The notes under the pieces were generated by a model, which saw only the letters and a list, made by a program, of their open reading frames with translations, ran no database searches and was not told the origin of the DNA. From NCBI GenBank assembly GCA_963758525.1, contig CAVWVQ010000003.1:4512001-4576000 (forward strand): a stretch of DNA of 64,000 nt. Reading direction: 5' to 3'. The stretch comes from an uncultured Phycisphaerales bacterium (GTDB lineage: Bacteria; Planctomycetota; Phycisphaerae; Tepidisphaerales; Tepidisphaeraceae). This document shows, piece by piece, positions 50,154 through 60,740 of this stretch (position 1 is the stretch's first letter; the number at the start of each line of letters is the position of its first letter). Made by a program: the position numbers and the translations under genes.

Positions 50154-50864
50154 GTGCTCAAATCGCGAATCGCGCTGATCGCAGTAACCCTCGTCCCGCT
50201 CGCATCGTTGTCGCCTGCGGCCGATGAGAAGCCCAGTACCGCGCCGGTCATTGAGCCGTCGCAGAGAGCCCCGGAGATCACGCCAGCCGGCGACGATGAC
50301 GCGAAGCAGTTCTTCAACGGCAAGGATCTCACGGGATTCTGGGGGGAGTTGTCTCTCTGGCACGTCGAGAACGGTGAACTGGTTGGCAAGACTGAAAAGG
50401 GGATTCGCCGAAACGAATTTCTGAAGACGACCCATTCCTACGGCGACTTTCGGCTCATCGTGAAGATGAAGCTTGTGCCGGACGGCGCTAATAGCGGCAT
50501 TCAATTTCATTCGATCCAGTTTCATGGCAACGAGATGTCAGGCCCGCAGGCCGATGCTGGAGCGAGGTATTGGGGGAGCCTCTACGGCGAAAACTTTCAT
50601 AACAAAACGCTCTGCCCCAACCAGGCTGGTGAAGCGGTTTCGGTGAACAAGGACGACTGGAATCTCTACGAGATCGTCGCGGTCGGCACGAAAGTCCGCA
50701 CCGCCCTGAACGGGCGCCTTTGCGTGGACATCGATCTTCCCGACATGCCGGCAACCGGCATGTTCGGCCTGCAAATTCATGCCGGCGGTCCGACGGAAGT
50801 TCGTTTCAAGGACTTCGAGGTGGAGTTGAATCCGAAATTCGAGCTGAAGACGCTGAAGCAGTGA
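50154..50864 (+). CDS. DUF1080 (3-keto-disaccharide hydrolase-like) secreted protein
   Basis: FFNGKDLTGF; ANSGIQF; DWNLYEI; GLQIHAGGPTEVRFKD. Confidence 0.9.
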   Translation: MLKSRIALIAVTLVPLASLSPAADEKPSTAPVIEPSQRAPEITPAGDDDAKQFFNGKDLTGFWGELSLWHVENGELVGKTEKGIRRNEFLKTTHSYGDFRLIVKMKLVPDGANSGIQFHSIQFHGNEMSGPQADAGARYWGSLYGENFHNKTLCPNQAGEAVSVNKDDWNLYEIVAVGTKVRTALNGRLCVDIDLPDMPATGMFGLQIHAGGPTEVRFKDFEVELNPKFELKTLKQ

Positions 50865-51002
50865 GGAGAGCCGTATTAGAGTCGTTTGCGCACAACGCTG
50901 CCCCCCGCCCCAACCCTCCCCCGGAGTACCAGGGGAGGGGGAAAGAAGCGAACTCCCGCCCGCGTACTGCTCCGAAAAGCGCTGGCGCGGAAGAAATTTT
51001 TG

Positions 51003-51067
51003 GAGGGTGGGTGTACTCGCCCACCATTTCGTCCGAGACAAGAGGTTGGCGGGTACACCAACCCTGC
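51003..51067. repeat. Degenerate REP doublet
   Basis: agggtgggtgtactcgcccacc ... ggttggcgggtacaccaaccct. Confidence 0.6.
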
Positions 51068-51112
51068 ATGTTTACCCTCTCTGGGCGGACCCCACTGTCA
51101 TGAAAGCGCGGA

Positions 51113-52357
51113 TCACTTCATCACCAAGGTGATCTGCTGATGCAGCGCCGGAATAGTCGCGATGAACGCGATCGCGATGCCGCTGGACTTATCGTAGATG
51201 TATTGCGTTGATGGGTTTTGCGGACCGGCAGATTCGGTAAGCGCCACCACGTCGCGGCCGCGCGGGCTCTTGCCGACGAAACTGATGGTTTCGACGTATT
51301 TCGTCTCTGGATCGCGATCGATTTCCTGGCCCTGCTGAAGTTTGTCCAGTTCCGTCGGATCAATGAAGGGCGGCATCAGCTCGTTGGGAGCGGCCACGCG
51401 CTCGAACGCGGAGGTGAGCGGGGGAGCACTGGGGCCGAGGTTGTATTCTCCGATCGTTACCTTCAACGGCACGATATCCGGCGAGCGATCGTGCGGGACG
51501 AGCTCCGCCACCATCGGGATCGTCGTCGTCACGCCGCCCATGGAGATGACGCGTGCGCCCTGATAATTCAGCCGGTCGGCATCAGCCGCGCGAGGCAGAT
51601 GCGCATCCGCCCATGGCACATGCGTCTGGCGGAGCGAGACGAAAGTAGACTGGGTGAGAATCGTGTCGTTGTTCCCCTGTTCGATAATTTGGCCGTCGCG
51701 GACGATGTGGCCGCCGCCCAGTGACGCGGTGGATGAGTGCAGCAGCAGGCCCGTTTCCAGATCGTAGATTGAATAATTCCAGCTCGTGGGCGATCGCACG
51801 GAGAAGGCAATCGCGTGATATGTTTTATGGCCGACTTGATAATCCTGGTGGTATATGGCGGCGGTGTCATTCACCGCATCCCGCTGGATGTTCAGGATTC
51901 CCGGGTCGATCCACGTGTCGCCTCCGCGGCCTGGCGGGACAATTTCGCCGGTGACGATTGGGGCGAGAAAAAGCGCATTGGGAGCCGGCCGCGTGTAGGC
52001 GTGCTCGTCCAGCACCACGGCGTTATCGCGCACGGCGGCGACGTCGAGCTTGAGGAACGTGTAGGCAGAGATTCCGCTCTGCGGGATTTCGTCAAAGCGC
52101 CGCCCGCTGCGGCGGTGCACGAAGCATCCATTCTGGTCGCGCACGAGTTCGTCGAACCCGCCGCGGATCAGCGCGGAGCATTGATAATAAGTGAGGCGGA
52201 TCCCCGGCTTGAGCCAGCCGGGCTTATGCGCCTTATCGAAGCCCGTCAGCGCTTTGCTCACGTCTTCTGCCGGCGGGTTCTCAGCGCGGACGGCGGCGAC
52301 GGATCCCATTACAACGGCCAGAGTGAATCTCAACACCGGCAATGTTCGGAGACTCAT
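51113..52357 (-). CDS. Secreted hypothetical protein (in frame with the upstream kinase in this assembly)
   Basis: GGAG then ATG at 52357; signal peptide MSLRTLPVLRFTLAVVMGSVAAVRA. Confidence 0.65.
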   Translation of the reverse strand: MSLRTLPVLRFTLAVVMGSVAAVRAENPPAEDVSKALTGFDKAHKPGWLKPGIRLTYYQCSALIRGGFDELVRDQNGCFVHRRSGRRFDEIPQSGISAYTFLKLDVAAVRDNAVVLDEHAYTRPAPNALFLAPIVTGEIVPPGRGGDTWIDPGILNIQRDAVNDTAAIYHQDYQVGHKTYHAIAFSVRSPTSWNYSIYDLETGLLLHSSTASLGGGHIVRDGQIIEQGNNDTILTQSTFVSLRQTHVPWADAHLPRAADADRLNYQGARVISMGGVTTTIPMVAELVPHDRSPDIVPLKVTIGEYNLGPSAPPLTSAFERVAAPNELMPPFIDPTELDKLQQGQEIDRDPETKYVETISFVGKSPRGRDVVALTESAGPQNPSTQYIYDKSSGIAIAFIATIPALHQQITLVMK

Positions 52358-54675
52358 CGGATGACTCCCAAAAGAGGGACGGGGCGCTGATTGCGGCGGC
52401 GCATCGTTGCGAATTTGACAGAGCGCGCGAAACCCATAAATCGGCAGATCGGGGTTCTGATCCGTCTTTCCGTTGCGGTAGGCAGAGGCGCATTGCTCGG
52501 CCGGGCTGTTCCAGCATCCGCCGCGGGCAACATGTGTCGCGCCGTCAGAGGCGCCGGTGGGATCGATCATCGCTTTTTTCAGATCGAAATCCGGAGAGTA
52601 AAAATCTGAGCACCATTCCCAGACGCTGCCTTGCATGTCATACAGGCCCCACGCGTTGGGCTCATATCCGCCACGAGGTTCCAGCGGGCGTTGTTGGAGT
52701 CTGGGATGCGGCCCAGGCGCCGAACCCGGCGGCGGCCGCTCCGGGGGCTGATCGTTTTGGCGATTAGGACGGATCATCGCCAGGTTCAATTTCTTCCCGA
52801 AGTTTGCCTGCCCCGCTTTAAGCGTGTCCCCATAGGCAAAGCGCGTCGTCGTGCCCGCGCGGCACGCGTACTCCCATTCGGCCTCGGTTGGCAGTCGATA
52901 GACTCGCCCGGCGCGCTTTTCCTCAGGCAGTTCGCTGAGCCGCTGACAGAAATCGTTCGCGTCGTCCCAAGTCACTCCGGCGACCGGAAGTTCGCCGTGG
53001 GTCGCGCGATCCGCGGCCTCAGCGCCCATGACGGCCTTGAATTCCCTCTGCGAAACTTCGTAAACGCCCATGTAAAACGGCTGGGTCAGCGTCACCTTGT
53101 GGCGCGGCGCATCCGGCAACGCATCATCGCCCATTGTGAAAGTTCCCGGTGAGATCAGACGAAGCTTCATCGAAACTGAATTGGTGATGTTGCGCTCCAT
53201 CTGCGGGTCGTTCCGCCAGGGGCTCCGCGGCGCCGGCGGAATTGCCGGCGGCAAGCTTTCAACGGGAGGCGCGGACGCGGGAACAACTGGCGGCGGCGAA
53301 GCAGCCGGGGAATCGGGCGGGGGCGACGGGACGCGAGCGACGATCGGAGCGGGAGGAGCCGTATTCGCGATGTGCGCGTCCCCCTGTGCGGGTTGGGATG
53401 CGGCGCTTGCCGGAGCGGAAACAGCTGGATTCGGCACGGGGGCAACGGCGGGGGCTCCAGACGACGGAGCTTGGGCAGCATCGCTCGTTGGCGCCGTATC
53501 ACTGGTGTCTGGAGGCTGCAGCGTTGATGCGTTTGGCTCTCGGACCGGCGATCGCGTGAACTGATAGGTAAGCAGGGCGACGATGGCAAGCACAACTGCG
53601 CCGCCCGCGACGATGAGCCATTTCAACCAGGGCGGGTTGCCGCTGTTCACCGGAAACATTGGCGGCGGGATGACCTCATTTTCCGCCGACGGCATGATTC
53701 CTTCGAGCATCGAAAGCGCAGATGCGGGCTCGGGATTGGTGATCGTCATCCCGCTGAGGACGGCACGAATGTCGGCGAGAAAGTCGCGCGCGGATTGATA
53801 GCGGTCTGCGGGATTCTTTGCCAATGCACGGGTCAATATCGCGACGCAGTCGTCGGGAACGTCCGATGCCATGGCGCGGGGATCGGGAATCGGCGCCGAG
53901 CAATGCGCGAACATCACCTGCATGCTGCTGGCCGCCTCGAAAGGGGGCCGCGTGGTCAGCATGGAATAGTAAGTGCATCCGAGCGAATAGAGATCGCTGC
54001 GGGAATCGACCTTGTCGCCCCGGCATTGCTCGGGCGACATGAACGCGGGCGTGCCGATGATTGCGCCCGGCTGTGTCTGGGCGACCGCCCGGGACTGTCA
54101 ATTTTCGCCAGTCCGAAATCCGCGATCTTCACGTGCCCGTCGGCCGTCAGCAGCAGATTGGCCGGCTTGATGTCGCGATGGATCAGGCCAATATCGTGCG
54201 CCGCCATCAGCGCCTTGCACGCCTCGCCCACCAGGCGGGTCGCGGCGCGCCAGCCGGGAGAGCCTTTCTTCGTCAGGTAATTTTGAACGCTTCCGCCGGT
54301 CACGCGCTCCATGACGATGGCGTATCCTCCGTCGTCGATCTCAACGACTTCGTAAATCGTGACGACGTGCGGATGGTTGAGTGCGCCCGCCGCTCGCGCC
54401 TCGCCGAGGAAGCGGTTGAGCGTCGGCCGATCGCGCACCAATTCAGCGGGTAGAATCTTGATGGCAACGTCGCGCTTGATCAACGCGTCTTTCGCCGCGT
54501 AAACCGAACCCATTCCTCCGTGGCCAAGAATCCCGGCAACGCGGTACTTGCCGATCATCGCCCCCAGCTTCAGTGCGCGCTCCGCCTGCGGGGCTGGCGC
54601 CGGACCTTTGGAAGGATCAGAAAAATCTGCCGTAACCGCTGGGGCGGAGGATGGCGGCTTCGAAGGAGGAGGCAT
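52358..54675 (-). CDS. Ser/Thr kinase + TM + Pro-rich linker + FGE-sulfatase (SUMF1) domain; frameshift ~54080, 3' boundary uncertain
   Basis: LGHGGMGSVY, HRDIKPANLL, DFGLAK; MSPEQ; RLPTEAEWEYACRAG, NAWGLYDMQGSVWEW, RGGCW, GFR. Confidence 0.85.
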
Positions 54676-54868
54676 AACGACGTCTCGGAAGGAGGCGCAA
54701 GAAGCGAGGCAGTCTTACAACTGTCGGATTTACGCGTCAAGCGGCGAGTCCGCCCGATCCCGGCCAGCGCCGGCCGGCGTGTGTCACACTTTCGGCGGCG
54801 CTCCCGAACGCTTCGCTACGCGTCGCGGCTAACCCGCGGAGGGAGATTCTGTCCGGGTGCGCTGGGCA

Positions 54869-55429
54869 TCACGTGCTGCCTACGTTTCCCGTATCAACTT
54901 TGATGACGCCCGCCTGTCGCTTCACCGCGATCACGCGCTGCTCGAGCGTTTTGAAAAGGGCCTGGCTGTTGGGGATGCTGGGGATGACCAGCATCGGCGT
55001 GGTGGGGTGTTTGGAAAGGACGGTGATGGTGCCTACGCCCAGGAGCCGCGACCAGAGGGATTGGTGAAAGCGGAGATCCTCGACGTGCCAGAGTTCGAGG
55101 GTGTCGATGTTGCGCGAGAGCAGGCCGCGTTCGAAATCGATCCGGTAGTTGGTGATTCGGAAGCGATACCGTTTGGCTTGCAGCCAGGGGATGCACAGGA
55201 GCAGCAAGCCAATGATGATCATCGCGAAGTTGAAGGAAAACGCCAGCCATTCGCCGTGCTCGTAGCGAATGGCGATGGGGATGGCGATGAGCACGATGCC
55301 GGCCACGAGCCAGAGAAAACCTTTGACCAGCTCGCCTCGCAGAAGTGGGGAGCCTTCGAAGTAGACTTCTTCGGCGTCGCCGGCGGGACGGTGGGGACGG
55401 TCGTCAGCGGGAGGTGTGATCTGCGTCAT
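54869..55429 (-). CDS. Bacterial PH-domain (bPH_2) membrane protein
   Basis: 2 TM; YRFRITNYRI..ERGLLSR..DTLEL..QSLWSRLLGVGTI. Confidence 0.85.
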   Translation of the reverse strand: MTQITPPADDRPHRPAGDAEEVYFEGSPLLRGELVKGFLWLVAGIVLIAIPIAIRYEHGEWLAFSFNFAMIIIGLLLLCIPWLQAKRYRFRITNYRIDFERGLLSRNIDTLELWHVEDLRFHQSLWSRLLGVGTITVLSKHPTTPMLVIPSIPNSQALFKTLEQRVIAVKRQAGVIKVDTGNVGST

Positions 55430-55845
55430 TGCGTCTCCGGGGAATTGGAAAGGTCGAGCAGGTGCTTCCACATCTTTTCGGGGACGGGAACAACGCTGAG
55501 CCGGCTGATGCGGAGCAGGTCCCAGCCGGCGAATATTTTGTCGGCGCGGATTTCGTCAAGATGCACGGCCCGATCGAGCTTGCGCTTCGGCTTGAGATCG
55601 ACAACAACGAGCTTGTCGTCCTCCTCCCTCGGATCGGGATAGGGATCGCTGACGATCTGCGCAAGGCCGATGGCGGCGCGTTCCCCGCCGGTGTGGTAGA
55701 TGACCGCGTCGTCGCCTTTTTTCATCGAACGGATGTGCTTCAGGGCAGCGTTGTTGGCAACGCCATCCCACGCGGTGCGTTTGTCGCGGGCCAGATCGCT
55801 CCACGCGTAGCATTCCGGCTCGGTCTTGAGCAGCCAGTGCGCCAT
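55426..55845 (-). CDS. EVE domain protein
   Basis: WLLKTEPECYAW; WDGVAN; MKKGD..IYHTG; RISRLSVVPV. Confidence 0.92.
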   Translation of the reverse strand: MAHWLLKTEPECYAWSDLARDKRTAWDGVANNAALKHIRSMKKGDDAVIYHTGGERAAIGLAQIVSDPYPDPREEDDKLVVVDLKPKRKLDRAVHLDEIRADKIFAGWDLLRISRLSVVPVPEKMWKHLLDLSNSPETQ

Positions 55846-56240
55846 CACGCTCCTGCAATGCCGCTGAGCTTTGGTCCGGCTGCCGGGGCAGCGGCAGGCG
55901 TTTCGGAGAGCGGGCGCTGGATCGTCTGGGTGATTTTGCGGAGCAGATCGACGAACTCCACCTGGGCCATGTTGAGGGCTTTGATCTTGATGTGGGAGAC
56001 GATCTTGTTCTGCAGCGCCTCGATGGTGTGCTGCTGCGCATCAGTCGGCGCGATGCCGGCCTGGCGCTGGCGGGTGATCGTGTCCACCTGGCGATCGAGC
56101 TCGCCGAGCAGGCGCGTTGCTTCGGCGTCGTCCTCCACCGATTTGCGCGCCTGCTTGTAGCGGATGATCGCCGGGTGCTGGAGAAGAAGCTCGCCGATTT
56201 TGGCGGCTTCATCGAGAATCTGCTGTGTATCTACGGGCAT
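55845..56240 (-). CDS. YlbF/YheA family protein
   Basis: ILDEAAKIGELL..HPAIIRYKQA..VEDDAEA; helical; no Cys. Confidence 0.75.
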   Translation of the reverse strand: MPVDTQQILDEAAKIGELLLQHPAIIRYKQARKSVEDDAEATRLLGELDRQVDTITRQRQAGIAPTDAQQHTIEALQNKIVSHIKIKALNMAQVEFVDLLRKITQTIQRPLSETPAAAPAAGPKLSGIAGA

Positions 56241-56433
56241 GGGTTTCCTTGTTTGAAGCCGCTACTATATTGCAACTGGAGATCGCGGCAAGCGGAAGGT
56301 GCATCACTGTCGTTTCGCGCTGGCCCCTCTCCCGCTGCTCCGGGAAAGGGCAGAGGGGCGGGGGTGCCGCGCAGAGACGTCATGCACTCGCCAGCGAAGC
56401 AATCCCGCGCAAGTCATTGCGCCACCCGATGAA

Positions 56434-57449
56434 ATGGACCGATATCATCGACAGGTTCTGCTCCCTCAAATCGGCGCGGCTGCGCAGGCCGCGTTGGCAC
56501 GCTCGCGTGCGGTGCTCGTTGGCTGCGGCGCGCTGGGGTGCGCACTGGCCGACCAGCTCGTTCGAGCGGGCATCGGGCATCTGCGCATCGTCGACCGTGA
56601 TGTTGTCGAAATGACAAACCTGCAGCGTCAGGTTTTGTTTGATGAGTCGGATGCCGCGCGCGCTCTGCCGAAAGCGGTGGTGGCGGCAACCCGATTGGCG
56701 CAGTCAACAGCGAAGTGACGATCGAGCCAATGGTCGCGGATCTGCACGCGGCCAACGCGGAGGAAATCACCAGCAGCGACCTGATCCTCGACGGCACCGA
56801 CAGCGCCGAAACGCGCTATCTGCTCAATGACGTCGCGGTGAAACGCGGTTTACCGTGGGTGTACGGCGCTTGCGTGGGAGTGGAAGGCCGGATGATGGTC
56901 GTGCGACCCGGGAAGACACCCTGCCTGAGATGCCTGTTTCCGACCCCGCCGGCGCCGGGAACCTTGCTGACTTGCGACACCGCGGGAATCCTGGGGCCGG
57001 TTGCGGCGATGGTCGCATCGGCGCAGGCAATCGCGGCGATTCAGCTTCTCATCGGCGCGGATGCTCCCAATCAGCTCGTGACAATCGACGGATGGCGCGG
57101 CCGCTGGCACGCGACGCCGTTGGATGGACCGCGCGCGGGATGCCCGGCATGCGGACAGCGAAACTTCGCGTTTCTCGCGGACCGGGCGCGGCCGCCGGTG
57201 GCGCTGTGCGGGCGCAATGCGGTGCAGGTGCAGCCGGCCAGCGGCGCTGCCGCATTTGATTTAGATGCAGTCGCGGAAAAATTGCGACGCGTCGGCGCCG
57301 TGGAGCACACGCCGTATCTGCTGCGTTGCGGACTGGAAGGTTCATCCGACATTCGTCTGACGCTGTTTACCGACGGACGCATGATCGTCCATGGGACGAC
57401 GGATCTGGAGCGTGCGCGGTCGGTCTATGCGCGGTACGTCGGCGTTTGA
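56434..57449 (+). CDS. ThiF/MoeB family adenylyltransferase, frameshift ~56710
   Basis: RYHRQ; VGCGALG; VDRDVVEMTNLQRQ; PCLRC; TCDTAG; CPAC. Confidence 0.88.
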
Positions 57450-57503
57450 TCCAGCGCCATTTGAAAATCTCCGCTGCCTTCACTAGGGTTTGTGGGAATT
57501 ATC

Positions 57504-58460
57504 GTGATTGAGCTCTCCGAACAGGCTGTTTCGCGGTCGAAGAGCGTGTTGCAGCTTATCGGCAACACGCCCTTGCTTTCGTTTCGGCGCATTAGCGAAA
57601 CCGTGGCTCCTGTCGAGGTGTATGCGAAAGCTGAATGGTATAACCCCGGCGGGAGCATCAAAGACCGCGCCGCCCTGAGCATGATTCTCGACGGCGAGCG
57701 CCGCGGGTTGCTGACGAAGGACAAAACCATCGTCGACGCAACCAGCGGAAACACCGGCATCGCCTACGCGATGATCGCCGCCGAGCGCGGCTACCACGTG
57801 AAGCTCGCGCTGCCAAAAAACGCCAGCCCGGAGCGCAAGCAGTGCCTGCTCGCATACGGCGCGGAGCTGATGCTCACGGATCCCACGGGCGGGACGGATG
57901 GGGCGCAGCGATTTGTCAAATCGATCGTCGAAGCCAACCCCGATCGTTACTTTTATCCCGACCAATACAACAACGACGCCAACTGGAAGGCGCACTACGA
58001 GACGACGGCGATGGAGATCTGGCGCCAGACGGAGGGGCGCATCACGCACTTCGTCACCGGCTTGGGGACCAGCGGCACGTTCATGGGTGTCACGCGAAGA
58101 CTCAAGGAGCTGAATCCCTCAATTACTTGCATCAGCATGCAACCCGACGGGCCGCTGCACGGCCTCGAAGGGCTCAAGCATATGCCGACGGCTTTGGTTC
58201 CGGGGATTTATCATCCGGAGGTTGCCGACGAGCAGATCACGGTGGCGACGGAAGACGCGCAGCAGATGGTGCTCCGCCTGGCGCGCGAAGCGGGATTGCT
58301 CGTTGGCGTCTCCTCCGGCGCGAACCTGTTCGCTGCGATGACCGTCGCCGCAAAATTGAAGCAAGGCGTGATCGTCACTATTTTCTGCGACTCGGCGGCG
58401 AAATATATGTCGGAAAGCTTCTGGACCGACGCCCAGGCCGAAGCGGAGAACTGGCCATGA
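57504..58460 (+). CDS. cysM: Cysteine synthase B-like
   Basis: IGNTPL; NPGGSIKDRAA; ATSGNTG; GLGTSGT; LEGLKH. Confidence 0.85.
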   Translation: MIELSEQAVSRSKSVLQLIGNTPLLSFRRISETVAPVEVYAKAEWYNPGGSIKDRAALSMILDGERRGLLTKDKTIVDATSGNTGIAYAMIAAERGYHVKLALPKNASPERKQCLLAYGAELMLTDPTGGTDGAQRFVKSIVEANPDRYFYPDQYNNDANWKAHYETTAMEIWRQTEGRITHFVTGLGTSGTFMGVTRRLKELNPSITCISMQPDGPLHGLEGLKHMPTALVPGIYHPEVADEQITVATEDAQQMVLRLAREAGLLVGVSSGANLFAAMTVAAKLKQGVIVTIFCDSAAKYMSESFWTDAQAEAENWP

Positions 58461-58888
58461 AGGCGTTGGTGCTGTCCGAGAAGATTGCCCGGCAGATTGA
58501 GGCCGAAGGTTCGGCGGCGTTTCCCAACGAATGCTGCGGGATGCTGATCGGCAGCGAGTCGGAGGCGTGCCGCGTTGTCGAACGGATTGAGCCGGCGGAT
58601 AACGCGTTCGCGTCCGATGAGCAGTACCATCGCTTCTCGATTCATCCGCTCCAGCAGCTTAAGGCCGAGCGCCGGGCGTCGAATGAAGGAAAGGTCCTGA
58701 TCGGCTTTTATCACAGCCATCCGGATCACCCGGCCCGCCCCAGCGAGTATGATCGCGAGCATGCGTGGGAGACGTTCAGTTACGTGATTGTGGAAATTCG
58801 GTCCGGCCGGCCGGGCGAAATGACGAGTTGGGTGCTCGCCGCGGAAACGCGGACATTCGGTCAGCAGAAGATTGTCGTGGAAGCCTGA
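58457..58888 (+). CDS. M67/JAMM metallopeptidase (Mec-like)
   Basis: [24 protein letters not shown]; 4-bp overlap with cysM. Confidence 0.9.
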   Translation: MKALVLSEKIARQIEAEGSAAFPNECCGMLIGSESEACRVVERIEPADNAFASDEQYHRFSIHPLQQLKAERRASNEGKVLIGFYHSHPDHPARPSEYDREHAWETFSYVIVEIRSGRPGEMTSWVLAAETRTFGQQKIVVEA

Positions 58889-58943
58889 TGGCGGAACACG
58901 AGGAGACTGGACAAACAATTTCGGAAAACAGCGAGGTGTTCTC

Positions 58944-59912
58944 ATGCCGCTTAAACCACATGGCCGAATCTTTAACGACATCACCGAAACCATCGGCGGC
59001 ACGCCGCTGGTGCGTATCAATCGATTGATCCCAAAGGATCACGCGACCGTGCTCGTCAAATGCGAGTTTTTCAACCCGCTGAGCAGCGTGAAAGACCGCA
59101 TCGGAGTGGCCATGATCGAGGCCGCCGAGCGCGACCACAAAATCACGCACGAAACGGTGATCGTCGAGCCGACCAGCGGCAACACCGGCATCGCGCTGGC
59201 GTTTGTCTGCGCGGCCAAGGGATACAAGCTGATCCTGACCATGCCCGAATCCATGAGCATCGAGCGTCGGCGTCTGCTGGCGGCGTTGGGGGCGCAGGTC
59301 GTGCTGACTCCCGCGGCCGAGGGAATGCGCGGCGCGATCAACAGGGCCACCGACATTCTCAAGGAACACAAGAACAGCTTTATGCCGCAGCAATTTGAGA
59401 ATCCCGCGAATCCGGAAATTCATCGCAAGACCACTGCCGAGGAAATCTGGGCCGACACCAATGGACAGGTGGACATTCTCGTTGCCGGTGTCGGCACCGG
59501 CGGAACGATCACCGGCGTGGCGGAAGTGATCAAGCCGCGCAAACCCAGCTTCAAGGCGATCGCGGTTGAACCGCTGGCATCGCCGGTGATCACGCAGACG
59601 ATGAATCATGAACCGGTGAAGCCTGGGAAGCATAAGGTGCAGGGGATCGGCGCGGGGTTCGTGCCGGAGAATCTGCACACGGCGATCGTTGACGAAGTCA
59701 TCAAGATCACCGACGAGGAGGCTTTTGCCTGGGCCCGCCGGCTGGCGAAAGAAGAGGGAATCTTCGGCGGCATCAGCAGCGGCGGCAATATCGCCGCCGC
59801 CGCGAAGGTCGCCGCCCGTCCCGAAAACAAGGGGAAGATGATTGTCACCGTGATGTGCAGCTTTGGCGAGCGTTATCTCAGCACACCGTTGTTCGATGAG
59901 GAAGCGCCATAA
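58944..59912 (+). CDS. cysK: Cysteine synthase A
   Basis: [50 protein letters not shown]. Confidence 0.93.
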   Translation: MPLKPHGRIFNDITETIGGTPLVRINRLIPKDHATVLVKCEFFNPLSSVKDRIGVAMIEAAERDHKITHETVIVEPTSGNTGIALAFVCAAKGYKLILTMPESMSIERRRLLAALGAQVVLTPAAEGMRGAINRATDILKEHKNSFMPQQFENPANPEIHRKTTAEEIWADTNGQVDILVAGVGTGGTITGVAEVIKPRKPSFKAIAVEPLASPVITQTMNHEPVKPGKHKVQGIGAGFVPENLHTAIVDEVIKITDEEAFAWARRLAKEEGIFGGISSGGNIAAAAKVAARPENKGKMIVTVMCSFGERYLSTPLFDEEAP

Positions 59913-59928
59913 GCGCATCCAGCACCGT

Positions 59929-60282
59929 TCATGCCGTTCGTCGAACCGCACCCTCCTTCATTATCCGCAGCAGACCGTGGGCGACCATCTCCGATCGCTT
60001 GAGCTTGTGCTGCCTGGCGAACGCATCCGCTTTTTCCAAGAGGCCTCGCTCGATGCTCACTGTGAGGATTTTCGCACCGCGTCCGATCTTCGGGCGGCCG
60101 CGCAGACGTTTTTGGATCTTGTCCCATCGTTTGCGCTGCGCTGGCGTCAGGGGCTTGCCTGGCAGGCCGTCGGCATCCAAAGGCAGCGGTTTGTCAAATC
60201 GTGCGACTTCGGCCTCCTTCTCCGCATCAGACAGGGAGAGAAATCGTTCAACAGGGTCGAGCTTGAGTTTCCTTTTTTTCAT
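59929..60282 (-). CDS. Antitoxin with C-terminal RHH (paralog of 49181-49498)
   Basis: GLPGKPLT; GRPKIGRGAKILTVSIERGLLEKADAFARQHKLKRSEMV. Confidence 0.8.
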   Translation of the reverse strand: MKKRKLKLDPVERFLSLSDAEKEAEVARFDKPLPLDADGLPGKPLTPAQRKRWDKIQKRLRGRPKIGRGAKILTVSIERGLLEKADAFARQHKLKRSEMVAHGLLRIMKEGAVRRTA

Positions 60283-60293
60283 GGTGTGCGCCT

Positions 60294-60546
60294 TTATCTG
60301 CGTCGCCGCGTGGTGAGCGGCATTGCATGAATGATAAATAATCTGTTATCGGAACTGACGACGTATGTATATCACGCGGACAAATCGATCTCCCTGGCCG
60401 CGCCCTTCAACTAGCCATTTATCGTCGCCCATATCGCGCGGATATGGTCGCGACGCGTTCCGCACGACCGTTTGCGCCTCTACCACCGACACGCCGTGTC
60501 GCGTCGCATGGTCGAGATTCCATCGGTTCCATCTGAATTGCTTCAC
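60294..60546 (-). pseudogene. BrnT-like toxin disrupted by a 4-bp duplication
   Basis: FRWNRWNLDHATRHGVS; ATAC-ATAC at ~60363-60370 shifts the frame away from VVSSDNRLFIIHAMPLTTRRRR*. Confidence 0.75.
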
Positions 60547-60740
60547 GCGATTATATTATGTAACTTAATGGGGGAAAATGCAACAGCTTGTTCCGGACGA
60601 AGGCGGCGGCTCGGCCGTGTCACAATCTCGCCCTCGATTTATTCAATCGAAGGCTTCCCGCCTCGCGCTTCCCGCCCCGCGCTCTTTCCCAATTGTCGCG
60701 GCTCCGATATGTTCTCTCCCGAACTCAACAAAAAGGAACC

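Noticed and set aside
52400..52540. Diversity-generating retroelement (FGE/C-type-lectin C-terminus as variable repeat; four-helix bundle as Avd)
   Set aside because: No reverse transcriptase and no template-repeat copy seen in the window
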